From positions 192,696,001-192,760,000 of the forward strand of contig NC_042997.1 in assembly GCF_006345805.1 (NCBI RefSeq): 64,000 bases of DNA, in the 5' to 3' direction. Shown in pieces: positions 1-12,502 of the stretch (positions within the stretch are counted from its first letter, which is position 1; every line of letters begins with the position of its first letter). This DNA is from Octopus sinensis (taxonomy: Eukaryota). Made by a program: the position numbers and the translations under genes. The notes under the pieces were generated by a model. The model saw only the letters and a program-made list of their open reading frames with translations, was not told the DNA's origin and did no database searches.

Positions 1-13
1 AATGCATATATAA

Positions 14-335
14 ATGAAAACGTCGCCCTTTTCAAGCCTACCCAGCTCATGTGCCCGGTTTTCCTGGTTTCTGTGGCGTATGTGTTCCCCCAGCTGGACG
101 GGACGCCCGTCATCGTCGCAGCTTTACTTAAGAAACAGGAAGAGAGACAGTTTGTGGCAAAAGAGTACAACAGGATCGCCACCACCCCCTGCTGCCCCGG
201 TGCTGGAGCTTCATTGAGCTTTTAGGTGTTTTTCGCTCAATAAACACACACACGGGGCCTGGTGGGCCTGGGAATTGAAATCTCGATCCTCCTACCGCGA
301 GTCCGCTGCCCTAAACCACTGGGCCATTTCGCCTT
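14..335 (-). mobile_element. tRNA-derived SINE, family D (diverged copy)
   Basis: Reverse complement gives the head GGCGAAATGGCCCAGTGGTTTTAGGGCAGCGGACTCGCGG, matching the copies at 21324 and about 51945. Confidence 0.75.
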
Positions 336-457
336 ACTATATATATATATATATATATAATATATATACAGTAGCACTCACGACACACACACACATATAT
401 ATATAGATAATCCAACCCTGTCATCATGAAGGCGGATGTTAACAATGATTATGATGA

Positions 458-557
458 NNNNNNNNNNNNNNNNNNNNNNNNNNNNNNNNNNNNNNNNNNN
501 NNNNNNNNNNNNNNNNNNNNNNNNNNNNNNNNNNNNNNNNNNNNNNNNNNNNNNNNN
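458..557. other. Assembly gap (100 N)
   Basis: Run of exactly 100 N, typical of an unsized scaffold gap. Confidence 0.99.
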
Positions 558-759
558 GTTACTGTATTGTAAATATGTTTTCTTGCTGTGCCATCATACC
601 ACCTGCCAGTTACTCAATAAGAATCTCATTTGCATCTTGCTTACATTTACTTTGTTTATTTTTTTTCACGTGTCTACATAACATCAAATGAATGATGGCA
701 ACTTATAGGTTAAATGCATTGAGTCAGCTTTCAATACAATTATTGATTCCGAGTCTTGA

Positions 760-1190
760 CAAAAGGCCAGCAACTTGTGTGGGAAGAGTAAGCTGATTGT
801 ATCAACCCCAGTGCTCAACTGGTACTTATTTTATTAACCCTGAAAGGACGAAAGGCATAGGAAACCTCAGCAGAATTTGAACTCAGAAGGCGGCGAGCTG
901 GCAGAAACGTTCGTACATCGGGCGAAATGCTTAGCCGCTACGTTCTGAGTTCAAATTCCACCGAGGTCGACTTTGCCTTTCATCCTTTCGGGGTCGATTA
1001 AATAAGTACCAGTTACGCACTGGGGTCGATATAATCGACTTAATCCGTTTGTCTGTCCTTGTTTGTCCCCTCTGTGTTTAGCCCCTTGTGGGCAATAAAG
1101 AAATAAGAACTTGAACCCAGCACATAAAGACAGACAAAATGTTGCAAAGCATTTTGCCCAGTGAGCTAACAATTCTACCAGCTTGCTGCC
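760..1190. mobile_element. SINE family B: younger plus-strand copy (about 887-1108) nested in an older minus-strand copy
   Basis: Plus copy reads AAGGCGGCGAGCTGGCAGAAACG...GAGTTCAAATTCC...GCCTTTCATCCTTTCGGGGTCGAT...AAAGAAATAAG. The flanks are the two halves of a reverse copy. Confidence 0.8.
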
Positions 1191-1324
1191 TTATTTCAGT
1201 ACTGTTATAAGCATTCTTTTATTCTTAAATTTTTCAGCCATGCAGTTGTGGTCATGCTGGAGCACCACCAAGAAGTTATTTTGCAAACCACTTCACTACT
1301 AGCTTTATCGTCTTTCTAAATACT

Positions 1325-1708
1325 CCTTATTTCTTTATTGCCCGCAAGGGACTAAACATAGAGGGGACAAACAAGGACAGACAAAGGGATTAAGTCAATT
1401 ACATCAACCCCAGTGCATAACTGGTACTTAATTTATCGATGGAAGTTGAACTCAGAAAGTAAAGGACAAGATACCTATTTCTTTACTACCCACAAGGGGC
1501 TAAACACAGAGGGAACAAACAAGGACAGACAAACGGATTAAGTCGATTACATTGACCCCAGTGCGTAACTGGTACTTAATTTATCGACCCCAAAAGGATG
1601 AAAGACAAAGTCGACCTCGGTGGAATTTGAACTCAGAACGTAACGGCAGACGAAATACCGCTAAGCACTTTGCCCGACATGCTAACGTTTCTGCCAGCTC
1701 GCCACCTT
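1325..1708 (-). mobile_element. SINE family B with duplicated 3' part
   Basis: Reverse complement of the 887-1108 copy; the 3' segment occurs twice (1325-1440 and 1475-1590). Confidence 0.8.
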
Positions 1709-2889
1709 TTTCTAACTACTCCTACTCACCCTTTTATACTGGAAAATAGTCATGTATGTCCACTACAGCAAGACACCTGTACTTGTCCCTCAATCATACT
1801 TCAGCCTTTCAGTACCTGGAATAAGGCCATCTCCCCATTTCAAATATTCCCCCACCAACACTTAGTTGTGAGGGTTTTTTTTTTCCTTTTCCCTCTGTTC
1901 TTTTTCTGTCTTGCTTCTTATTTGGCAACCACACTAGTGCTGATGGCATAAGAATATAGCACCCGGTACGCACGGTAAAGTGGTGGGCATCAGGAAGGGC
2001 ATCTTGCTGTAGAAACCATGCCAAAGCTGACATTGGAACTCAGCACAGCCTCACGGCTTGCTGGATCCTGTAAAACCATCCAACCTTTACCAGCCTGGAA
2101 AACAGATGCTAAATGATGATGATGGTGATGATGATGATGATGACGACAATGATGGGAAGGAAGAGTAAAAGGGTGGTGGTGGTGGTGGTGGTGGTGGTGG
2201 TGGTGGTGGGCTGTAATAAGGGTGGAGCACTTGCAGAAAACAGCACTGCTTGGAACCACTCGAATACTCTGGAAGGTGCTCAAAAAATAAGAGGTGTTAC
2301 CTTAGTTCACTGGTAGTGAACAGCTGACACTCTAGTACATCTCCAGCATTAGAAGCTGTGCAAAGGCAATGGTAATAATGATAATGATAATAGTTTTAGA
2401 TTTTGGTACAAGGCCAGCAATTCCAGCAAAAGGGACAATTTGACGACATAGACCCCAGTGCTGTACTGGTACTTATTTTACCATCTTCAAAAGGATGGAA
2501 AGCAAAGTTGATCTCAGAGGCATTTGAACATCATAATATAAAGGTAGCCTAGCATTTTGTTCGGTATAGTAATGATTCTTCCATCTTGCCACCTTCATAA
2601 TAATAATAATAATAATAATAATAATAGTATGTTTATCATGTGACTTGAATGGCTTTTAATACAAAAAGAAAATTAAAAAAAAGAACATATCATTAGAGAC
2701 AGAAAGTATACAATTGTTTGTCTAGAAATGAGAGACAGTGAAAATATATAAATCTATTTTTGTATATTTTGTTCTGTTGTTTTGAATAGATATTATTATT
2801 GTATGAATCACCTCTATTAAGAAATGGATAGTACTAATAGGCAGTATTCTGAACCAAACTGTCGCTGGTTCATTTTCCATTACCACTAT

Positions 2890-3226
2890 GCAGACCTCCT
2901 TCGGTCATGAATGACCATGGGGCTGCACCTAGAAAGTTACCCTCCGAGACACAAGTCAGGGCAAGATTGTTTGTGGAAGGCTAGCAGTCACCCATGCATA
3001 CCAGCCTCCCTTCTCCACACCACTGATGTTATCCAAGGAAAAGGCAAAGGCCGATACAGCTTGGCACCATTGATGTCACAACTCATTTCTACAGCTGAGA
3101 GAACTGGAGCAATGTGAAATAAAGTGTCTTGCTCAGGAACACATCACACAGCCCAGTCCAGGAATCGAACTTACAACCTCACAATCGTAAACTCTATGCT
3201 CTAACCACTGAGCCATGCACCTTCAC
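2890..3226 (-). mobile_element. tRNA-derived SINE family C
   Basis: A-box/B-box head followed by TGTGTTCCTGAGCAAGACACTTTATTTCACATTGCTCCAG; a similar copy lies at 34518-34820. Confidence 0.75.
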
Positions 3227-5790
3227 ATCCATTACTACTAATACACCGCATTTCCTATTGGCATTGATTACCTTGGTATGAACTGAGATAATGGAATGAG
3301 TATAGGCAGTGCCTATATTCAGTTTTATCAGTGGGCGTTTACCTATCTTAAGGTAGAGGCTCCTACAAGTCTAGAGGCTTTCATGGCTCTAGGGGTCCCT
3401 CATGAGTCTGGAACTCAATTCTGATCTTTGTAGACATGGTTGTGTGGTTAAGAAGTTTGCTTTCCAACCATGTGTTCTTGGGTTCAGTTACGCTGAAAAG
3501 TTCCTTGGGCATGTGTCTCTACTATAGTTCAAGGCTGAACAAAACCTTATATGTGGATTTACAAGATGAAAACCGAAAGAAGCCCATCATATATCTATCT
3601 ATCTATCTATCTATCTATCTGTGTGTGTATATGTTCCCCCATATGTTTCTGTGGCGTATGTGTTCCCCCCAGCTGGACCGGACGCCAGTCCATCGCAGTC
3701 TATATATATATATATATATTTCGTTTTTAGATTTAGTTTGCAAGATTCTTTATATGAGTTTGTCTGTTGAAGCATATTCTGTTGTGTCTGGGGAGAGTCA
3801 TTTTCTGTAAAATTTCCACTTATTTCTTATTTTTATTTTCTTAAAATTTTCATTGCGTCTTGCAACCTTTTCAATAGTCTTGACTCTGTCTGTTATTTAC
3901 ACTGCGTTCCCTCTTGTTTGTTTGTCAAATCACTATTAAGGATAAAATTTCGAAGAGAATGAAAAATAAAAACATGAATAGAAAAAATATGAATATACGT
4001 GTGTGTGTATGTATTGTGTGTATGTGTGTGTGTGTGTGTGTGTTCAGTTCACCTGCGACAGCTCGGTGTCCTGTCCAGGTTGGGAACCTATACACCATGG
4101 AAACCGGCCGTCATGAGCCAGGTGTGGCTCAAGAAGGAAAAAACAATAAATATACATCTGCTTTCTGTCGCCTCTTTTAGCCTTTTCCGACAAGTTGTAG
4201 TGCACCTGTAGCATCATCATCATCATCATCATCGTTTAACATCCGCTTTCCATGCTGGCATGGGTTAATAACCAATTATTAGATTTCTTTTCTTTTTCTC
4301 TCTGAATATATAAGTTTGTCACAGAAGGAGGAACAGCACCCTTTACTTTGTAAGCACTCCTAAACTCATGAAATCAATGCAGCTGATGCACAGTCTGAAC
4401 ATCATCATCAACATCATCATCATCACCACCATCATAATTATTATCATCGTTGTTGTCATCGTTGTCATCGTTATCATAGTCATCATTGCATCGTTGTTGT
4501 CTTCGTCATCGTCATCATCACCATCATCATTATCAGTATTATCATCATCAGTGAGATGGAGTTTGTTGACGCAGATTTTCTATGGCCTGATACCTTTTCT
4601 GTTGCCAAACCCTTTACCTATTTACCAGTAAGATTAGGCAGACTTAAAACAACGGCAATGATGATGATGATGATGATGATATATTTATATCATAGTAGTA
4701 GGGAATATAGTTCCAAAACTTACAGGGAAAAATTCAGTTTAACAGTTTTAAATCAAATTTCACAATATATAATATATGTATAGAATTTTGAGAAAAACCA
4801 CTATTAAACAATTCAATAAAGAAAAATGTTATTCACACCATATAGAAAACATAATAATTCTAAATATGATTATAATATAAAATATTATAATATAAATGAT
4901 TCCTATATTCTACCAAATTTATTTGACAAAGCTTTGGTCAGCCCAAGGCTATAGCAGAAGACACTTTCCCAAGGTGCCATTCAGTGGGAATGAACTCAAA
5001 TCTTCATGGACAGTTTCTTAATCACCCAGCCTTAACATCTGCAATTTATTCTCTACAGGAAAGACATTGGCAAGGTGGGAGAGCCAGATGGTGGGAGAAC
5101 GGGGCTGTTCCAAATACTTCCAGTTGAGTGAACATCACTGAGGACAACCAATGACTAGATGATGATGTGGCATTAAACCGAGAGATATGCACTCAGCCAC
5201 TTTCCTCTCCACCAGTATTCACCTCCTGTTCTGGTTGTAGTTGTTACTGTTATTAAATAACAACCTTGTCATTTATGATCGAAATATCCTGTTGCATAGG
5301 TTTAATCAATACTAGGCTTAGCCTGTTACAACTCAAGTTTCAAACATATGAGAGGAAAATTACTATCCTTAAGCAAGATAATTAGCTCCTACATATTGCT
5401 TCAGCTGGCTCACTCACCTCCTTGAAAAAATATAAGTACACTTGTGCGTTGATAAGTGCTCTCACCTATAGTAATGAGCTTATTGAGTAGAGTACTTATT
5501 GAGTACAACAACAGATCAGAAAAGAGTAAAACATGGAGCGGGATGTGGCAATAAGCCAAATAAAGAAAGATGGCAAGGATGCTGAAAAGTGTAAGCATTA
5601 CAGATGGGGTAAAACAAATTAAGATAAATATATGGACAGTGTAAGATCTATGTTCATGTTATGGTATACTTTTACTAAATTTGATAGGATCCAATGTTGA
5701 CTATTTTCTTGTTTGTTTGTTTGTCAAGGAATGATATAGAGATTTGAATTAATTCCCTTTCAGAGAGAGAAATTAAAAGAAAAACTGAAC

Positions 5791-5831
<41 letters not shown>

Positions 5832-6101
5832 AATTATTGTATACAGTGCTCAGGTACACCAACACTTGTTAAAAGTGCGTATAAAGTATATGCAGTAATG
5901 TACAAACTGTGAACATTGTATGTGTCAGATACATGCTTGCGTGTGTATGGAGGGGAGAAAATCAGGTGTAGTGTTGGCAAATCTCAGGAAGCATGGAAGT
6001 TTTGAAGGATGCAGTGCTCTGACAACTATGTAGTACTGAAACTCAGCATACATACATGAATGCATACATACATACATACATACATACACACATATGTGTC
6101 A

Positions 6102-6330
6102 TCATCATCTTTTAACGTCCGTTTTCTATGCTGGTATGGGTTGAACGGTTTGACTGAGGTCTGGCAAGCCAGGAGTCTGCACCAGGCTCCAATCTAATCC
6201 GGCAATGTTTCTACAGCCGGGTGCCCTTCCTAATGTCAGCCACTCCAAGAGTGTAGTGGATGCTTTTTTACATACCACCAGCACAGGAGCCAGCTAGGCA
6301 GACCTGGCATCGATCACAGTGCTTTTTACG
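6102..6330 (-). mobile_element. RTE LINE 3'-end fragment
   Basis: Matches the reverse complement of the RTE 3' end at 21110-21304, including the (CAT)n tail. Confidence 0.75.
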
Positions 6331-6334
6331 TGCA

Positions 6335-6545
6335 GGTGCATGGCTTAGTGGTTAGAGTGCTGTACTTACGATCATAAGATTGTGGTTTCGATTCCTGGAC
6401 TTGTCATATTCTTGAGCGAAACACTTCATTTCACATTGCTCCAGTCCACTCAGCTGGCAAAAATGAGTAATCCTGTGATGGACTGACATCCTGTCCAGGT
6501 GGGGTATATATACACCATGGAAACAGGGAAACCAGCGCTTCTGAT
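6335..6545 (+). mobile_element. SINE family C
   Basis: GGTGCATGGCTTAGTGGTTAGAG...GGTTTCGATTCCTGG...TTCACATTGCTCCAGTCCACTCAGCTGG. Confidence 0.75.
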
Positions 6546-6610
6546 TAGCATGAGTTCAGAAGGTAACTTTACCTTTACCTATATGTGTGTGTATGTATAT
6601 GCGTATATAA

Positions 6611-6654
<44 letters not shown>

Positions 6655-6903
6655 TATATATATTATATATATATATATATAATATATATATATATATATT
6701 ATATACATATGTGTGTGCAAGTGTGTGTGTATGTGTATCTGTTTTGTCACCCCACCATTGCTTGACAACCGATGCTGGTGTGTTTACATCCCCATAACTT
6801 AGCAGTTCGACTGATAGAATATATATATATATATATTAAAATTATTTATAGTAGGGAATATAAAATTCCAAGGCAACAGGGGAAAACAAACTCAATTTAG
6901 TAA

Positions 6904-7140
6904 TACTAAATCAAATTTCACAATATATTAAATATATCTAGAATTAAGAGATAGAACCTCTATAAAGTAATTCAATTAATGCTGAAAGATATTATATAAA
7001 TTTAAATAGAAATTTTTAGTAAAATGTTAATAATAATATATTTAAATTTATATATCTTTCAGTATTAATTGAATTACTATACGGAGGTTCTATCTCTTAA
7101 TTCTAGACATATTTAATATATCGTGAAATTTGATTTAGTA
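6904..7140. repeat. Imperfect inverted repeat (about 105-bp arms) in an AT-rich element between (TA)n tracts
   Basis: TACTAAATCAAATTTCACAATATATTAAATATATCTAGAATTAAGAGATAGAACCTC pairs with GAGGTTCTATCTCTTAATTCTAGACATATTTAATATATCGTGAAATTTGATTTAGTA. A related single-arm copy lies at about 4695-4860. Confidence 0.85.
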
Positions 7141-7157
7141 TATATATATATATATAT

Positions 7158-7649
7158 TCTCTTTTACTCTTTTACTTGTTTCAGTCATTTGACTGTGGCC
7201 ATGCTGGAGCACCACCTTTAGTTGAGCAAATCAACCCCAGGACTTATTCTTGGTAAGCCTAGTACTTATTCTATCAGTCTCTTTTACTGAACCGCTAAGT
7301 TATGGAGACGTAAACACACCACCATCGGTTGTCAAGCAATGTTGGGGGGACAAACAGAGACACACAAACAAATACACATACATATATATATATACATATA
7401 TACGATGGGCTTCTTTCAGTTTCCGTCTACCAAATCCACTCACAAGGCTTTGGTTGGCCTGAGGCTATAGTAGAAGACTCTTGCCCAAGGTGCCACGCAG
7501 TGGAAATGAACCCGGAACCATGTGGTCCTGGGTTCAGTCTCACTGCATGACACCTTGGGCAAGTCTCTTCTATAGCCTTGGGCCAACCAGAGCCTTATGA
7601 GTAGAACTGGTAAACAGAAACTGAAAGAAGCCCATTGTATGTATATATA

Positions 7650-7681
<32 letters not shown>

Positions 7682-7892
7682 TATATACATATGTGTGTGC
7701 AAGTGTGTGTGTATGTGTATCTGTGTTTGTCCCCCCACCATTGCTTGACAACCGATGCTGGTGTGTTTACATCCCCATAACTTAGCAGTTCGACTGATAG
7801 AATAATTATTAGTCTGACAAAGAATAAGTCCTGGGGTCACTTGGTTTGACTAAGGGCGATGCTCCAGCATGGACTGGAAAGAATAAAAGAGT
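7158..7892. mobile_element. Head-to-head pair of SINE family A copies
   Basis: A minus copy at 7158-7525 abuts a plus copy at about 7520-7892, joined at ACCATGTGGT. Confidence 0.8.
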
Positions 7893-8241
7893 ATATATAT
7901 AGTATAATTCAGGTAAAACCCTTATTATGCACAGTTAAGAGCTCTTATGTAGTTATTTGGCTACCACATGTTATCCTACAGTATGGTATATTCCAGGGCT
8001 GGATACACATGTGGAACTCCTCTTTGTATAAGATTGATATAGGAATAATATAACATGCAGATAGAGAATAACAAGGTTTAATAGTAAATCACAGCATTTG
8101 TTTCTGCACCGCACACCAGCCTTAAGTTGCTGAGCTTATATTTATGTGTGTATATATATAATGTATAGGAAAATGTGTTGTTGAAAATGCTCTTAAATTT
8201 CAAAAACTTGTAAATGTTTAAAATATATTTATTTACATATA

Positions 8242-8283
8242 TACCAAACTAGTTTCAACAATATTTTTTGTTTATCAATGGTA
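8242..8283 (-). ncRNA. Degenerate minimal type-I hammerhead ribozyme in the PLE 3' region
   Basis: Minus strand: UACCA-UUGAUAA-ACAA(AAAAUA)UUGU-U-GAAAC-UA-GU-U-UGGUA. Stem I is perfect and stem III is palindromic (ACUAGU); the core differs from CUGAUGA at 2 positions. Confidence 0.6.
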
Positions 8284-8962
8284 AAAGTGTAAAATTAGAA
8301 AAACATCGTTATAAGTTTCAATGTTGACAAATCAAAATGTTTCAATGTTGGTAAATTATCATGTTCAAAACAGAAGGTGTAAGTTTGAAATTAAAACTGT
8401 ATATTAATTTGTTAGAATGTACAAGGTTCATTAATTTCAGTGCTGGTCGACTAGTCATACTGAAAAAGAACAGTGTAAGAATTGAAATAGTAAAAACAGT
8501 GGGGAAATTACAGTTTCTCAGATCTTTAAACAGTCATTTCCGCTTGCAATAGTATTTTTAGGGAAAGATGTATTTATAAATTTTTTTTCTGCTAGTGGAT
8601 CTGATTTTGATTTGTTAAAAAACTGATGAAGTTTTCTTCTGTGGTCAAGCTTGGCTTTCTGCTTGGTTGATTTCCTTGCAGGATACAGTTATATGTTGTT
8701 CCGGTTGGTTGGTTTTCTTTAAAGGCTTTTCATTGTATTCGTTGAAGTTCGGTTTTAATTGGTTTGGAATTATGTGACATCAGCAACTGGTGTTTGTGGA
8801 ATTTCCTTGGACTGGAGGTGGGTGACGTCAGCACCTTGTGTTTGTGTGGCGAATTGGAGCTGCGGTTTCGAAACCCGGGTGGAAGATTGTTACTAAAATT
8901 TCATTGTTTTTTGTGTTGAAATTGGGTGTTTTTTCTCTTCTTTATGCTACTTTTTCTTCTTT

Positions 8963-9493
8963 CTAAAGGATATTTAGCTGTGGTTTATATTTTATAATCA
9001 GTATGTTTTCCTTATTTAAACGGCATTGGGTTGAAGTGTTTCCAGTGCATTGATAGAGAGGGAAGATTTGGAATTTAGGGTTTTTATCTACAGGGCATTG
9101 GTCTAGGTGCTGGCTAACGGGAATTTTCCTAGTTGAAGGGTCCCGGATTTGTTGTCTGTGCACCGTCAGTCTATCCCTCAAAGTCAAGCTTGTTTGACCA
9201 ATGTAGTCTCCACCACAACCTCGACATTTAAGAACATAGATTAAGTTCTTAGAAGCACAGGTGAAGTCATGTTTTATGGTAAAAGTTAGGCCTGACTTAA
9301 ATTTGTATGTCAAGCTCTCTAAGAGAAGGGTGCAAGTTCCACAGTTAGGGCGGCTGCATTTTTTGACTTGTGGGGTTGTATTTTTGGTTGGTAATTTGGC
9401 ACTGGTGAGTAATTTTATTAGAGATTGTGGTTGTCTCTTGCTTTTAATAATCCTATGTGTTTCTAGTACCTTTTTCATTCGTGGATCCTTCAT
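8963..9493 (-). pseudogene. GIY-YIG endonuclease domain of Penelope-like retroelement
   Basis: LIY...YIG motif with CCHH-type linker and terminal P-x-L-N. Confidence 0.9.
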
Positions 9494-9764
9494 AAGGATG
9501 GGTATGTTTTGGTGGAGGATGTTGTATGCTTCCTGGTTTCTTGGATTGTGTGTTGATATGTAAGATAGAGTTTGAAGTGTGTCATGGTGTTTACTTGTTT
9601 TCCATAACTCTTGGCTGTCTATTATTTTTGCACATTCTATTCCATTTTTGATTAGACTGATCGGGTGTTTTCTATCTAGTAATGAGGTTTTAAGTTCTTG
9701 GAGTCGCTATTCTTGGGTTTCAGGATTTGATGCAATCATGCAAATTCTTCTCACTAAGTTGAAG

Positions 9765-9990
9765 CATCGTTTGTCAAGCGATGTTGGGGGGACAAACACA
9801 CACACTCATATATATACATATATTCGACGGGCTTCTTTCAGTTTCTGTCCACCAAATCCACTCACAAGGCTTTGGTCGGCCTGAAGCTAAAGTAGAAAAC
9901 GCTTGCTCGAGGTACCACACAGTGGGTTTGAACCCGGAACTATGTGGTTGGTAAACAAGCTACTTACCACACAGCCACTCCTATGCCTAT
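9765..9990 (-). mobile_element. SINE family A (5' half) truncating the Penelope fragment
   Basis: Family A consensus in reverse, ending ACCACACAGCCACTCCTATGCC. Confidence 0.85.
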
Positions 9991-10213
9991 AGTGAAATAG
10001 TTGTAAATGTGGGCCACTGTCATACAAACTACTTCCTTCATTTCTAATGGATTCCATAAAAACATATCCGTCTAGCCATGTGAAAATATCACTTTGCTTG
10101 GAAACTGGTAGGGTTGCAATAGGAAGGGTAACCAGCCGTAGAAAATCTGCCTCAATGAATTCTATCTGATTCATGGAAGTGTGGAAAAGTGAATACTAAA
10201 ACCATGCAGCTGC

Positions 10214-10614
10214 TGAAGAAGAAGAAGAAGAAGAGAAGAAGAAGAAGAAGAGAAGAAGGAGGAGGAGGAGGAGGAGGAGGAGGAGGAGGAGGATGGGGGA
10301 GAAGAAGAAGACGAAGAAGAAGAAGGAGGAGGAGAAGACGAAGAAGAAGGAGGAGAAGAAGATGAAGAAGAAGAAGACGAAGAAGAAGAAGAAGAAGGAG
10401 GAGGAGAAGAAGAAGAAGAAGGAGGAGGAGGAGGAGGAAGGAGAAGAAGAAGAAGGAGGAGGAGGAGGAGGAGGAGAAGAAGAAGAAGAAGAAGAAGAAG
10501 AAGAAGAAGAAGAGGAGAAGAAGAAGAAGAAGAAGAAGAAGATGAAGAAGGAGAAGAAGGAGGAGAAAAAGAAGAAGAAGAAGAAGAAGAAGAAGAAGAA
10601 GAAGAAGAAGAAGA
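10214..10614. repeat. About 400-bp (GAA/GGA)n polypurine tract
   Basis: Almost pure purine triplet repeat; it is the source of the spurious poly-K/E/L/F ORFs. Confidence 0.97.
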
Positions 10615-11292
10615 CTTGCCTCTTCACCCTGTAGCATTTAGACTGGCCATATCTGGCCCAAATATGCCTCTTGTTCAAAGTTCAAATAAGCCAGGTCTAT
10701 CCTCTGACACCTATCCCATAATCTCATCCCAAAGATTGACAATAAACATCATCGAAATCTCAAAGCGATTAAGACAATACATGACTTATTCAAAACAATA
10801 TGAATAAATAAGCTTTACGCTTAGCAGAGTAATTTGAACACAAATGGGTTAAGCACACGTCTTTCTGTTTTTTTAAATTGGAAGCATATTTTGATAGTGC
10901 TTATAGTTGATGTCTGTATATATGACGTATTTTACAGGTAACAGGTAACCTAGCACGGCCTGTTGCATGACGGGAATATGTAGTGTTAACTGATCCAGAA
11001 ACGTTTGAGTTTTGCTGTCAATGTAACCTGGAAAGTACAAGTCAATGAGAGAACCTCTATGCGGTCAAGTATCTGCTAGAAGTAGCAGCCATATCTCCCC
11101 TGATTTATATCCTATCATTAAAATGGGAAGTGAATGCTGGACAATGTAGTCCTGGGTTTTTTTTTTAAAAAAAAGACAGAAAAGTTTGGATGGTCCTAGC
11201 TGGGATATCTTTGATCATAGGTCTGCTTAATCAGGACAGGAGGAAGTTAAACAACAGTAACTTGAGAACCTGTGGAAAGAGAAAGAACGAGG

Positions 11293-11372
<80 letters not shown>

Positions 11373-11429
11373 CAGACGGACGGACGGACAGACAGACAGA
11401 CAGACAGACAGGCAGATAGACAGATAGAC

Positions 11430-11473
<44 letters not shown>

Positions 11474-11487
11474 GGGTAGGTAGGTAA

Positions 11488-11528
<41 letters not shown>
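11293..11528. repeat. Compound (GATA)n/(GACA)n/(GA)n microsatellite
   Basis: Direct reading. Confidence 0.97.
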
Positions 11529-12271
11529 TTACATCAAGCTGCAGAAAAATAATTCTGTCTTCTAATACTTCATAGATTTTAATGGGTGTAAAGCCCGTCA
11601 GATTGAAGCTAAAGTTATAACTCAATTTCAGAAACTTCCAGTGACGGAGAAAGAATTAAAACTATAACGTCTTAACACTCCTCACAGCAACACAACTTAC
11701 GAAAACTATCCCATTGACTTAACTGCTGACGCAGTCCATCACCAGTTTCCTTGCATTCCGGATTTTATTTCATAAAATATCTAATGTAACCTCTCCCGCC
11801 GTCTGCATCTACGCCAAGAACACCACCACCATCGTCACTTATACAGCGCGCAATTATACACGCTCCAGTAAACACAACACGAGCATATTTCTTTACAAGC
11901 TATATGCAGTGACAGCTGGGTCTCTCGCTAAAATCCCAGCTGCTATTTCATGCATGTCTGCATGGCAAAACAGTTTAAAACTGAAATTCACTGATAGGTA
12001 TTTTAAACGGTTTTTAATCAAAAGAAGACGATTGAACTGGTAACAAACAACATTCAACGTCTCATTCATTGGATAAGAACTGTTCTATGCAGTTAAATTT
12101 CCATTATTACCAGACCCCAACCTCTACTATCGTTACCATCATTATCGTCATTATTACCATTTACCATCAGTTTCGTTATCATCCTCGTCATCATCACCAA
12201 TACGACCATCACTACCATCACCACCAACAACAACACAACAATATCCATTCTCCTTTCCCACATCATTACCA

Positions 12272-12502
12272 ATTTCTTTATTACCCACAAGGGGCTAAAC
12301 ATAGAGGGGACAAACAAGGACAGACATAGGTATTAAGTCGATTATATCGACCCCAGTGCGAAACTGGTACTTTATTTATCGACCCCGAATGGATGAAAGG
12401 CAAAGTCGACCTTGGCGGAATTTGAACTCAGAACGTAACGACAGACGAAATACCGCTAAGCATTTCGCCCGGCGCGCTAACGTTTCTGCCAGCTCACCGC
12501 CT
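12272..12502 (-). mobile_element. SINE family B, near full length
   Basis: Reverse complement of the family B consensus, with CpGs retained. Confidence 0.85.

Larger units (their letters stand above)
8160..9762 (-). mobile_element. Penelope-like element 3' fragment (RT C-terminus, GIY-YIG endonuclease, 3' pLTR region)
   Basis: ORF 8963-9493 has KCSRPNCGTC, NLIYVLKCRGCGGDYIGQT, R...H and C-terminal KYKPQLN, the PLE GIY-YIG signature. Upstream frame is degenerate and is cut by a SINE at about 9765. Confidence 0.9.

Noticed and set aside
3835-3885. Hammerhead-like UUGAAAA-GGUUGC/GCAAU-GAAA on the minus strand
   Set aside because: The core is too degenerate and no stem I could be formed.
5059-5230. 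Possible exon after TCTACAG acceptor
   Set aside because: The frames examined hit stops or give no recognisable protein, and there is no clear donor.
7250-7840. Recurrent ORFs containing GLLSVSVYQIHSQGFG or ASFSFRLPNPLTRLW
   Set aside because: Chance frames within SINE family A, seen in many copies with variable stops.
10152-10678. ORFs of 113-161 aa (poly-L/F/K/E)
   Set aside because: Translations of the GAA/GGA microsatellite.
10949-10975. CTAG plus small hairpin resembling a Helitron 3' end
   Set aside because: No matching 5' terminus found.
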